Assembly (NCBI GenBank): GCA_964428895.1
Contig: CAYRZU010000008.1
Location: 326-64,325, forward strand
From: an uncultured Planctomycetaceae bacterium
GTDB taxonomy: Bacteria; Planctomycetota; Phycisphaerae; SM23-33
DNA: 64,000 bases
Direction of reading: 5' to 3'
A model generated the notes under the pieces. The model searched no databases. It was not told where the DNA came from and saw only the letters and a list, made by a program, of their open reading frames with translations. Numbering within the stretch: the first letter of the stretch is position 1; every line of letters begins with the position of its first letter. The position numbers and the translations under genes are program-made. Below are positions 49,571 through 59,572 of the stretch, one piece after another.

Positions 49571-51307
49571 CTAGGCGGTGCAGGCGGCCTTCAGTTCGTC
49601 GAGGATCTTCAACGCTTCGGCGACGGCCTTGCCGACCGGCACGAGTGTGGGCTTGTCGTCGGTGCGGCGCTTGACCTCGGCGTTGCCATCCTTAAGGCCC
49701 TTATCGCCGACGACCACTCGCAGCGGGATGCCCAGGAGGTCGGCGTCTTTGAATTTCACGCCCGGCCGCGCGTCGCGGTCGTCCAGCAGCACGTCCACGC
49801 CGGCCGCTTTCAGTTCGTCGTAGATGCGTGTGGCTTCGGCCACGACGGCCTCGGAATCGTTGTTGATCTGGATGACCTCGATCTCGAACGGGGCGATCGC
49901 CACCGGCAGGACCGGGCCGTTGTCGTCGAACGCCAGCTCGATCGCTCCGGCCAGGATGCGGTTGATGCCGATGCCGTAGCAGCCCATGACGGCCGGCTGG
50001 GCCGAACCGTTCTCGTCCAGGTAGGTCGCGCCGAGCGCGTCGCTGTACTTGGTGCCGAGCTTGAACACGTGGCCGACCTCAACGCCGCGCGAAAACTGCA
50101 GCGGCTTGCCCTCACGCGTGTCGCCCTCGGTCGCGTTGCGGATGTCGGCGATGGAAACGTTCTCGCCGTCCAGCGGGAAGTCGCGGCCGGGGACAACATT
50201 CTTAGTGTGATAGTCGGTTTTGTTCGCGCCGGTGACGCCGAGGCCCATCGCGGCCACGCCGTGGTCGACGATCAGCTTGTCGACTCTTTCCGCCAGGCCC
50301 ATGGGGCCGGCAAAGCCGGTCGCCGCGGCGGTTACGCGCTGCACCGTTGCGTCGTCGGCCAATTCCACGTGGGTGGCCTCGGCGGCGTGGGTCAGCTTGG
50401 CGTCGTTGATGTCGTGGTCGCCGCGGACCAACGCCACGATGGTCTGTTCGCCGGCGGCGTAGACCAGCGTCTTGATCATCTCGGCCGGTTGCGTGCCCAG
50501 AAACTCACAGACCGCGTCGATGGTGCCGACCTCGGGGGTGTGGACGTCCTCGGGGGCCGGGGCTTCGACAGGATCCGCTTTCGGCAGGGGGTCGACGTCG
50601 GCCTTTTCGATGTTGGCCGCGTAGGCGCCGTCTTCGGTGTGGACGATGATGTCCTCGCCGTTGTCGCAGGGGATCATGAATTCGTGACTGGCCGAGCCGC
50701 CGATGGGGCCGGATTCGGCCTCGACGATCACGTACTTCAGGCCGCACCGGCTGAAGATGCGGCAGTAGGCGTCGTACATCTTCTGATAGGTCTCGCCCAG
50801 GGCCTCGACGGACGTGTCGAAACTGTAGGCGTCCTTCATGATGAATTCGCGGCTCCGCAGCACGCCGAAGCGGGGGCGGAACTCGTCCCGGAATTTCGGC
50901 GAGATCTGGTAGAGGTTCACGGGCAACTGTTTGTAGGAGTTGATCTCCGTGGCGACCAGGGAAGTCACCACTTCCTCGGCCGTGGGGGCCAGCACGTTCA
51001 CGCGGCCGTGACGGTCGGTGAAGCGGCACATGGTCTCGCCGTAGTCGACGTCGCGCCCGGTCTTGGCCCACAGCTCCATCGGCTGCAGGGCGGGCATCAT
51101 GATTTCCTGGGCGTCCGCGGCGTTCATTTCCTCGCGGACGATCTCCATGATCTTCCGCAGGCTCTTCCAGCCGAGCGTCAGATAGGTGTACGCGCCGGAG
51201 GAGACCTTCCGCATGAAGCCGGCGCGGATCATCAATTGATGCGAGGGGATCTCGGCCTCGGCCGGGACTTCGCGCGTGGTCGGAATCAGTAGCTGACTGT
51301 ATCGCAT
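49571..51307 (-). CDS. proS: Proline--tRNA ligase
   Basis: SHQLMIRAG, LAPTAEE, KFRDEFRPRFGVLRSREFIMKDAYSF, insertion editing domain and MGCYGIG. Confidence 0.97.
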   Translation of the reverse strand: MRYSQLLIPTTREVPAEAEIPSHQLMIRAGFMRKVSSGAYTYLTLGWKSLRKIMEIVREEMNAADAQEIMMPALQPMELWAKTGRDVDYGETMCRFTDRHGRVNVLAPTAEEVVTSLVATEINSYKQLPVNLYQISPKFRDEFRPRFGVLRSREFIMKDAYSFDTSVEALGETYQKMYDAYCRIFSRCGLKYVIVEAESGPIGGSASHEFMIPCDNGEDIIVHTEDGAYAANIEKADVDPLPKADPVEAPAPEDVHTPEVGTIDAVCEFLGTQPAEMIKTLVYAAGEQTIVALVRGDHDINDAKLTHAAEATHVELADDATVQRVTAAATGFAGPMGLAERVDKLIVDHGVAAMGLGVTGANKTDYHTKNVVPGRDFPLDGENVSIADIRNATEGDTREGKPLQFSRGVEVGHVFKLGTKYSDALGATYLDENGSAQPAVMGCYGIGINRILAGAIELAFDDNGPVLPVAIAPFEIEVIQINNDSEAVVAEATRIYDELKAAGVDVLLDDRDARPGVKFKDADLLGIPLRVVVGDKGLKDGNAEVKRRTDDKPTLVPVGKAVAEALKILDELKAACTA

Positions 51308-51476
51308 AGTGTCCTCGTCAAATCCTTTAGATCGAGCGCTTTCCTCGCCCGCCGATGCAGCCGGCATTTCGGTCGCGACGGTTAGCCGCGCCCGTGAACC
51401 TTGCGCCAGACCGGGCGCTTATACCCGCCCAAACGGGTGTTTTCAACGCCTGGCGGGCGCGGCTACAATGTCGACC

Positions 51477-52454
51477 ATGAGCGACGAACGACGATACGTC
51501 AGCGATCTGACGCCCAACGAGAACATCGATCAGGTGTTTCTGGTCCGCGAGAAGCAACTGCGGACCACGCGGAAGGGGGACCTCTACATCGACGCCTCCC
51601 TGGGTGATCGCACCGGCTCGATCAAGGCCCGCATGTGGCAGGTCAACGAGATGATCTTCAACGGCATCCCCGCCGACGGCTTCATCCACGTCAAGGGGCG
51701 CACCGAGGAGTACCAGGGCAAGGTGCAGCTTCGGATCGAAGCGTGTCGGCCGGTCTCCGCTGAGAAGGTCGACATGGCCGAGTACCTGGCTACCACCCCG
51801 CGCGATGTTGACGCCATGTGGGCCGAGCTGATGGAGATCATGCGGGACATCCGCGACGAGCCGCTACGCCTGCTGATCAAGAAATTCACCGAGGACGAGG
51901 AGATCGTCGAGGTCTTCAAGCGCGCCCCGGCCGCGGTGCAAATGCACCATCCCTACGTGGGCGGCCTGCTGGAGCACACCCTCAACATCGCGCGGTTGGC
52001 CAAGGTGGTCTTGCCGTTGTATCCGCGCTTGAACCCCGACTTGCTGCTGGCGGCGGTGTTCTTGCACGACATCGGCAAGACGGCCGAGCTGACCAGCGGC
52101 GTCTCCATCAAATACACCGACCGCGGGCAACTGGTGGGGCACATCGCGATGGCCGCGATCTGGATTCAGGAAAAGGCCGACCTGCTGGCCGACGAACTCG
52201 GCGATGAGTTTCCGGTCAAGACCACCACGCTACTGCAGCACCTGATCCTCTCGCACCATGGGGTGAAGGAGTACGGCTCGCCGGTGCTGCCGGCGATTCC
52301 CGAGGCCTTCGTGCTGCATTACCTGGACAACCTCGACGCCAAGATGTATATGACCACCCACGCGATCGAATCCGACCCCGACGGGGAGAACCACTTCACC
52401 GGCTACCTCCGTCAACTGGAAACGCAGATCTACAAGCATAGCGATAAGTTGTAG
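51477..52454 (+). CDS. OB-fold/HD-domain 3'-5' exoribonuclease (YhaM/Cbf family)
   Basis: PAA.QMHHPYVGGLLEH, LHDIGK, LVGH, LSHHG..EYGSP and LDNLDAK. Confidence 0.9.
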   Translation: MSDERRYVSDLTPNENIDQVFLVREKQLRTTRKGDLYIDASLGDRTGSIKARMWQVNEMIFNGIPADGFIHVKGRTEEYQGKVQLRIEACRPVSAEKVDMAEYLATTPRDVDAMWAELMEIMRDIRDEPLRLLIKKFTEDEEIVEVFKRAPAAVQMHHPYVGGLLEHTLNIARLAKVVLPLYPRLNPDLLLAAVFLHDIGKTAELTSGVSIKYTDRGQLVGHIAMAAIWIQEKADLLADELGDEFPVKTTTLLQHLILSHHGVKEYGSPVLPAIPEAFVLHYLDNLDAKMYMTTHAIESDPDGENHFTGYLRQLETQIYKHSDKL

Positions 52455-52465
52455 GGGGGCAGATT

Positions 52466-52984
52466 GTGGCATGGGGAAGACAGAAAGGGCGTCGAACGAA
52501 ATCGCGTGGGCAACAAGTTGCCCACCCTACGGGGCTGGCCTTTGTTCTGGCCTTGGCGTGCTTGGTGATAGTCGTCCCGTCCTGCGATGATCAGGGCGAG
52601 TCCCGTTCAACAGATGGAGCTGAGCAGGAGGAGGGTCAAGCCGTGAATCTGCCGAGCGAGTATTTGGAGCTTCTAGAACGGGGGCAATCCCTCCAAGTGA
52701 TTGGGCTGAACGAGACAGGATTATTGAAGGAAGACGCGTTGGCGGCCGTGGCAATGCTGGAGGCGGCCGACGTGCCTATCCTGGGCGGGGATGTATGGCT
52801 AGTCAAAGGGGACACGGACAACCACGCGAACTATGACGTTTGGGGAAACTGGGCCACGCAACGGCGAACCAACGAAGCCGATGATGCCTATGCCGCCAGA
52901 TCATGGGATGACAGTAGGCGGTACATCGAGGCGGGACCTGACCCGCAAGAGGGCGAAACCCATTTGTTCGTCCTCGTTCCTTAG
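52466..52984 (+). CDS. Imm40-like immunity protein (start is either GTG 52466 with a lipoprotein-like leader or GTG 52643)
   Basis: LLERGQSL..IGLNE..L..EDAL.A...L.....ILGGDV...NW...RS.....YI...FVLV resembles the Imm40 family. Confidence 0.6.
   Translation: MAWGRQKGRRTKSRGQQVAHPTGLAFVLALACLVIVVPSCDDQGESRSTDGAEQEEGQAVNLPSEYLELLERGQSLQVIGLNETGLLKEDALAAVAMLEAADVPILGGDVWLVKGDTDNHANYDVWGNWATQRRTNEADDAYAARSWDDSRRYIEAGPDPQEGETHLFVLVP
52505..52530 (-). repeat. REP element GTAGGGTGGGCAACTTGTTGCCCACG
   Basis: GTAG tetranucleotide plus GTGGGCAAC/GTTGCCCAC palindrome; degenerate partner GTAGGGGGGCA at 52451. Confidence 0.9.
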
Positions 52985-52999
52985 AACTGGGATTGACAC

Positions 53000-53025
53000 G
53001 TAGGGTGGGCAACTTGTTGCCCACG
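53000..53025 (+). repeat. REP element GTAGGGTGGGCAACTTGTTGCCCACG
   Basis: Exact inverted copy of 52505-52530, immediately upstream of the RAYT gene. Confidence 0.9.
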
Positions 53026-53051
53026 GAACAAGGGGGTCATACGATTCAGCT

Positions 53052-53603
53052 ATGCCGAGCTACCGTCGGAACCGGGATGGGCGCCTGTACTTCTTCACGT
53101 TGGTGACACTTCAACGGCGGCCGATCTTCCGTGCGTCGTGGACTAGGGAACTTCTGAAGGAGGCGATTGAGGCTACGCGCCAGTCACGACCTTGGGAGAC
53201 AGAGGCCATGGTGTTGTTGCCCGATCACCTCCATGTCCTGTGGCGACTGCCTGAGGGCGATGCCGATTACGCGGCTCGGATTGGGGCGCTGAAGAAGCGG
53301 TTCACCCGGGCATATCTTGCTCGTGGCGGCGCAGAAGGGGAGGTCTCGGCATCCCAACATCGGCAGCGCTGTCGTGGCGTGTGGCAGAAGCGGTTCTGGG
53401 AGCACCGGATTCGGAATGCCCGGGATTTCCACATGCACGTCGATTACATTCACGCCAATCCGGTCAAACACGGGCTCGTGGCGCTGCCGCGCGAGTGGGC
53501 GCATTCGACGTTCGTTCGGTTCGTCGATGCCGGCTGGTATGAAGATGATTGGTGCGGGCGCATTGATTTACCGGGGAACACGGAGTATGTGTGGGTGGAG
53601 TGA
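53052..53603 (+). mobile_element. REP-associated tyrosine transposase (RAYT, IS200/IS605 Y1 HUH family)
   Basis: YFFTLVT..R, LPDHLH (HUH), VWQKRFWEHRIR and YIHANPVKHGLV; flanked by inverted GTAG REPs. Confidence 0.93.
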
Positions 53604-53618
53604 GCGTGGGCTGGTCTG

Positions 53619-53643
53619 CGTGGGCAACAAGTTGCCCACCTAC
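53619..53643 (-). repeat. REP element (one-G-shorter variant)
   Basis: CGTGGGCAACAAGTTGCCCACCTAC downstream of the RAYT gene. Confidence 0.9.
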
Positions 53644-53837
53644 AAGAGATGGGTGATCGCATGGGCAGCGAGGCATGGCCTCCGCCAAACAGACCCCATC
53701 GTTCTGAGTGACAAAGAGTTACGGTGATCTTGGATGCCCGGATCGGCGCTTGATTTTCTGGATCTGATCAGGTAAACTACGTAATCCCTTGATGCGTTTT
53801 TCATGCCTTGCGCGCCGCAGGAGGCGGCGAATCTTCT

Positions 53838-55223
53838 ATGGAGACTCAGGTTCAGTCAATTAAGGGCTTGTTGTCGGAGGCCATCAAGCGGGTCGACGTC
53901 GATTACGCCGACGTCCGCTTCGAGGAAGGCGACGCGACGGACATCGATTTCCGCCGCGACCACGTGGAGCGTGTGTCGACCTCCCGGATGACCGGCGGCG
54001 TGGTCCGCGCTTGCCATAAGGGCGGCTGGGGCATCACCACCTTCGATTCGCTGGACGATCTGGAGACCTCCATTGCCGAAGCGTGCGACGGCGCCAAGCT
54101 GGTCGGCCGCGACACCACCGAACTGGCCGAGGTCGACGGCGCCCCCGACGGCGTGGATGTTGTGGTGGAGATGGTCGACGATCCGCGCGGCATCAGCGTG
54201 GACGAGAAGATCGCCCTGGTCCGCGAGTACACCGACGTCCTGATGGGCCACGAGAACATCGTCAGCACCGACGTGTTCTACATCGACCGCTTCAAGACCG
54301 TGCACTACGCGTCCAGCCGAGGCGTGAGCTATTCCGAAGAACGCCCCGGTTGCGCCGTCAGCATGTCGGCGACAAGCCGCGACGGCCACATTCTACAAAG
54401 CGCGTCGGACTCGCTCCGGTCGCGGAACGATTTCAGCTCGCTGCTGAACCGCCACGAAGAGGCCCACCGCGTGGGCCAGCGTGCGTCGGACCTCTTAAAG
54501 GCCCGACCTTGCCCGGCCGGGACCACCACGGTGGTGCTCGACCCGGAAATGGCCGGCGTGTTCATGCACGAAGCGTTCGGCCATCTGTCCGAGGCCGACC
54601 ATATTTACGAAGACGAAAAGCTCAAGCAGCTCGTTCACGTCGGGCGAGAGGTCGGGCCGAAAATGCTCAACGCCGTCGACGACGGCACGCTGGCCAACCT
54701 GCCCGGCACGCAAGTCTTCGACGACGAAGGTACGCCGCCGGGGAAGACCTACCTGATCAAGGACGGCGTGCTGGTCGGCTATATGCATTCGCTGGAGACC
54801 GCCGGCAAGATGGGCTGCACGCCCACCGGCAACGCTCGCGCCGGCGGGCGCGGCAAGGTGCCGCTGGTCCGCATGACCAACACCCTGATCGAGAACGGGC
54901 CACACACCAAGGATGAGGTGTTCGCCGGAATCGACAAAGGCATCTACGCCTGCGGCATGTTCGGCGGCAACACGCAGTTGGAGATGTTCAGCTTCTCAGC
55001 CGCGTACGGCTTCCTGATCGAGAACGGCCAGGTCACCGACATGATTCGCGACGTGGTGCTGGCGGGCAATGTGTTCGAGACGCTTTACTCCATCGACGCC
55101 ATCGGTAATGATTTGACCATTCCCCCCCGCGGTGGCGGGTGCGGCAAGGGCGGCCAGGGCGTGCCCGTGAGCATCGGCTCGCCGCACATCCGCATCCGCA
55201 ACGTGGTGGTGGGTGGTCGGTAG
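53838..55223 (+). CDS. tldD: TldD-family metalloprotease
   Basis: FMHEAFGHLSEAD, FDDEG, PTGNAR, RMTNT and GGCGKGGQ.VPVS.GSP. Confidence 0.92.
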   Translation: METQVQSIKGLLSEAIKRVDVDYADVRFEEGDATDIDFRRDHVERVSTSRMTGGVVRACHKGGWGITTFDSLDDLETSIAEACDGAKLVGRDTTELAEVDGAPDGVDVVVEMVDDPRGISVDEKIALVREYTDVLMGHENIVSTDVFYIDRFKTVHYASSRGVSYSEERPGCAVSMSATSRDGHILQSASDSLRSRNDFSSLLNRHEEAHRVGQRASDLLKARPCPAGTTTVVLDPEMAGVFMHEAFGHLSEADHIYEDEKLKQLVHVGREVGPKMLNAVDDGTLANLPGTQVFDDEGTPPGKTYLIKDGVLVGYMHSLETAGKMGCTPTGNARAGGRGKVPLVRMTNTLIENGPHTKDEVFAGIDKGIYACGMFGGNTQLEMFSFSAAYGFLIENGQVTDMIRDVVLAGNVFETLYSIDAIGNDLTIPPRGGGCGKGGQGVPVSIGSPHIRIRNVVVGGR

Positions 55224-55236
55224 TGGATTGGGATCT

Positions 55237-56571
55237 ATGAGCGATCAGTTAACAGGTTCGTTGACGGACGAGATGGTCGATATCTTCGACCGCGCCATCG
55301 ACAAGGCCCGCCTGATGGGGGCCAGCAGCGTGAAGTTGTCGTTTTCGCGGCACGAGGGGTTTTCCTGCCACTTCACCGGCGGGCGGCTGAAGTCCACCAA
55401 CTCCAACCGCGGCATGAGCTTCGGCATCGACGCCATTGTCAACGGCCGATTGGGCTCGGCCTCGGGCAACCACCTGCGTGATTTCGACGCCATGCTCCGC
55501 CGGGCGGTCGCCCTCGCTCCCCACGGCAACGCCATCTACTTCGACCAATACCCCGAGCCCAGCGACGACTACGTCGAGCTGCAAACCTGGTCGGACCGAA
55601 CCGCCGGCCTGCCTCGCGATCAAATGCTCGACGCCTGCCGAACCATCAACGACGCCCTGCAGGGCCATGACGACGACCTGTTCGTCGAGACCGGCTCGTC
55701 CAAGTCCATCAGCGAATCGCTGCTGATGACCTCCGGCGGCGTGATGCACAAGAGTCGCTCCACCGGGTGGGGCCTCCACGGCGGGGCCGTCAAGACCACC
55801 GGCACGGATATCTTCCACGCTGGGGCCGGCCGCGGCTGGAAAGACCTCAACGAGCTGTGGGACCCCGACTACATCATCAACCGCACCGTGCGCGATCTGG
55901 CGATGTCCGAGACAATCGTCCACGCTCCGCAGGGCCAACTGCCGCTGCTGCTGGACCCGGGCGTGCTGAGCATGTTCCTCTCGCCGGTGACGATGGGCAT
56001 CAACGGCCGACGCGTGGCCCAGGGCGATTCGCCCCTGGCCGACCGCATGGGCGATCAGATCCTCGCCCCGTCGATCACCATCATCGACAACCCGCACCAG
56101 GATTTCGGCACCGCCGTGCCCATGGACGGCAACGGCATCCCCACCCAGATTCACCGCATCGTCGAAGACGGCGTGCTGAAGATGTACCTGTACGATCTGG
56201 ACACCGCCGCTATGGTCGGCGCTCGCCCGACCGGCCACAACGGGTGCAGCCCGTACGACATTCAGATTCCCACCGGCGCTCGCAGCCACGAAGAGATGAT
56301 CCGCTCGCTGGACGAAGCCATTTACGTCCGCGGCATGCTGGGCTTCGGGCAGGGGAACCTCGCCAACGGCGATTTCTCCGCCAACCTTTCGCCCGGCTAC
56401 CTGATCAAGAACGGGGAGATCGTCGGCCGCGTCAAGAACACCATGATCGCGGGCAACCTGTTCGACGTGCTCAAAGACGGCGTGGAACTGTCGGGCGACT
56501 ACGACCCGCCGGGCCACATCCCCTGGGCCTTGGTCGACGGCGTCCACGTCTCGACCTCGGCGGACAAATAG
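55237..56571 (+). CDS. pmbA: PmbA/TldE-family protein
   Basis: Follows tldD; lacks HExxH; DGNG.PT, NLANGDFS and GEIVGRVKNTMIAGN. Confidence 0.85.
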   Translation: MSDQLTGSLTDEMVDIFDRAIDKARLMGASSVKLSFSRHEGFSCHFTGGRLKSTNSNRGMSFGIDAIVNGRLGSASGNHLRDFDAMLRRAVALAPHGNAIYFDQYPEPSDDYVELQTWSDRTAGLPRDQMLDACRTINDALQGHDDDLFVETGSSKSISESLLMTSGGVMHKSRSTGWGLHGGAVKTTGTDIFHAGAGRGWKDLNELWDPDYIINRTVRDLAMSETIVHAPQGQLPLLLDPGVLSMFLSPVTMGINGRRVAQGDSPLADRMGDQILAPSITIIDNPHQDFGTAVPMDGNGIPTQIHRIVEDGVLKMYLYDLDTAAMVGARPTGHNGCSPYDIQIPTGARSHEEMIRSLDEAIYVRGMLGFGQGNLANGDFSANLSPGYLIKNGEIVGRVKNTMIAGNLFDVLKDGVELSGDYDPPGHIPWALVDGVHVSTSADK

Positions 56572-56598
56572 CCCTCGCGCAACATTACGGACACACAG

Positions 56599-56630
56599 GC
56601 GGCCCGTCTTATGGCGGGCCGCTTTTCTTT
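56599..56630 (+). terminator. Rho-independent terminator
   Basis: GCGGCCCGTC-TTAT-GGCGGGCCGC followed by TTTTCTTT. Confidence 0.8.
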
Positions 56631-56647
56631 GTCAGCGCGCCAGGAGC

Positions 56648-57016
56648 TTACGCTTGCGGCTTTTCGGCGCCGGGGGGTGGGCCTTCGATGTCGCGCAGGT
56701 GGGAGAGGATCGTCTGATTGACTTTGCGCCTCAGGTCGATGTACTCGACCTGGGCGGCGCTGAAGGTCTTGAAGGCGTCCTGCGCGGCGACCTGGGTTTG
56801 CAGGTCGTTGAGGGCGTGCTTGTCGTCGGGTTCGATGGGTTGCTGCTCTTGGGAGAGCTTGGCCAACTTGCTGGACTGGGCCATGAACTTCTGCAGCAGG
56901 TCCATGGTGTCCGGGTCGGCGTGCATGCCTTCGCGAGCGGTGCGGAGGTCGACGGCGACCTTCGCGTCGGCGATGGCCTTGCCCAGTTGATCGGCGAGTT
57001 TCAGGATATCGTCCAT
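56648..57016 (-). CDS. YlbF/YmcA-family regulator
   Basis: MDDILKLADQLGKAI..., all-helical, PIEPDDK, VNQTI; about 122 aa. Confidence 0.75.
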   Translation of the reverse strand: MDDILKLADQLGKAIADAKVAVDLRTAREGMHADPDTMDLLQKFMAQSSKLAKLSQEQQPIEPDDKHALNDLQTQVAAQDAFKTFSAAQVEYIDLRRKVNQTILSHLRDIEGPPPGAEKPQA

Positions 57017-57106
57017 GGGGGTTTCCTTCGCGGGTTGGGCGCACATGCTAACGGAGACCGAGGGGCAGAGGAAGGGCCTAGTACTCTCCGGCTCCGCAGA
57101 AAAGCA

Positions 57107-57184
57107 AACAAGGATGAACGCAGATGAAAACGGATAAGAGATAAGAATAGATCCGCTCTTCTGTATCTGCGTTCATCTGTGTTC
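57107..57184. repeat. Periodic inverted-repeat intergenic element
   Basis: AACAAGGATGAACGCAGATGAAAACGGATA ... TATCTGCGTTCATCTGTGTTC. Confidence 0.8.
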
Positions 57185-57242
57185 TGAACGGAAACCGAAG
57201 ACGCCCGTGGCGGCCAATGGGCAATGCGGGTAAGCTCTCGCC

Positions 57243-57965
57243 ATGTCCGAAGAACCGAAACAGCTCGTGTTGCATGACCTTCACGTAGCCGCCGGCGCCA
57301 CCATGGTGGAGCGCAACGGCTGGCTGCTGCCGGCCCACTATGGCGACCCGGAGGCCGAGGCGGCCGCCGTCCGCAACAAAGCGGGCGTGTTCGATACCTC
57401 CAACCTCGGCCGCATCCGCGTGCGCGGTGACGGCGCGGTGGACTTGCTGGAGCAGGTCTGCTCGGCCGACGCCGTCCACCAGGAAGACGACACCGCGCTG
57501 CTGACCGACATTCTCGGCAGCGACGGCCGACCGCTGGACAAGGTTTTTCTGCTGCGGCTGGAAGACTTCTGGGTGGTGACGACCAGCGCCATCGGCCGCG
57601 GGCCCGTGTTGGCGCGCCTCAAGGACCTCGGCGAAACCCTCGGCGCCAAGGCCGACGATCAGACCTTCAAGACCTCGCAGCTCACCGCCGCCGGCCCGGC
57701 CGCCGCCACGGTGCTGGACGGCCTGCTGCCCGAACCGGTTTCGGGTACGCCGCGCGGCTCGGCCAAGACGGGCACGGTCGGCATCGCACGCTATATCGCC
57801 ATGCGAACCGGGCGAACCAAGCAATGGTCGGTCGAGGCGATCCTGCCCAACATCCTGATCGAACAGGCCTGGCGCCACATCACCGAGAAATCGGGCGACA
57901 AGGCGTTTCCCCCGGTCGGCGTGACGGCCCAAGAGGCGCTCGCCAAAGAGGCCGGGCTGGGCTAG
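57243..57965 (+). CDS. GcvT-like folate-binding domain protein (N-terminal domain only)
   Basis: LHDLHVAAGATMV..GWLLPAHYGD..EAAAVR..AGVFD; ends at LAKEAGLG, where GcvT reads LRLEAG; no C-terminal barrel. Confidence 0.75.
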   Translation: MSEEPKQLVLHDLHVAAGATMVERNGWLLPAHYGDPEAEAAAVRNKAGVFDTSNLGRIRVRGDGAVDLLEQVCSADAVHQEDDTALLTDILGSDGRPLDKVFLLRLEDFWVVTTSAIGRGPVLARLKDLGETLGAKADDQTFKTSQLTAAGPAAATVLDGLLPEPVSGTPRGSAKTGTVGIARYIAMRTGRTKQWSVEAILPNILIEQAWRHITEKSGDKAFPPVGVTAQEALAKEAGLG

Positions 57966-58018
57966 CGCCGCCGCCCGCCCTTGACTTGCCCCCAACGGCC
58001 GTCGATGATGCTCCACTT

Positions 58019-58085
58019 GTAGGGTGCGTGCTCTGCACGCACGCGCTACGTGTGACCACGCGTGGGTGCAAAGCACCCACCCTAC
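58019..58085. repeat. REP doublet (REPIN) of a second GTAG family
   Basis: GTAGGGTGCGTGCTCTGCACGCAC ... GTGGGTGCAAAGCACCCACCCTAC, inverted pair upstream of lysS. Confidence 0.85.
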
Positions 58086-58107
58086 GGGCCACCGAAGGAC
58101 CCTTCGC

Positions 58108-59565
<1,458 letters not shown>

Positions 59566-59572
59566 CGACCGG

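Noticed and set aside
39485-57184. Periodic repeats or REPs as a CRISPR array
   Set aside because: They are inverted and dispersed, not direct repeats with regular spacers, and there are no cas genes.
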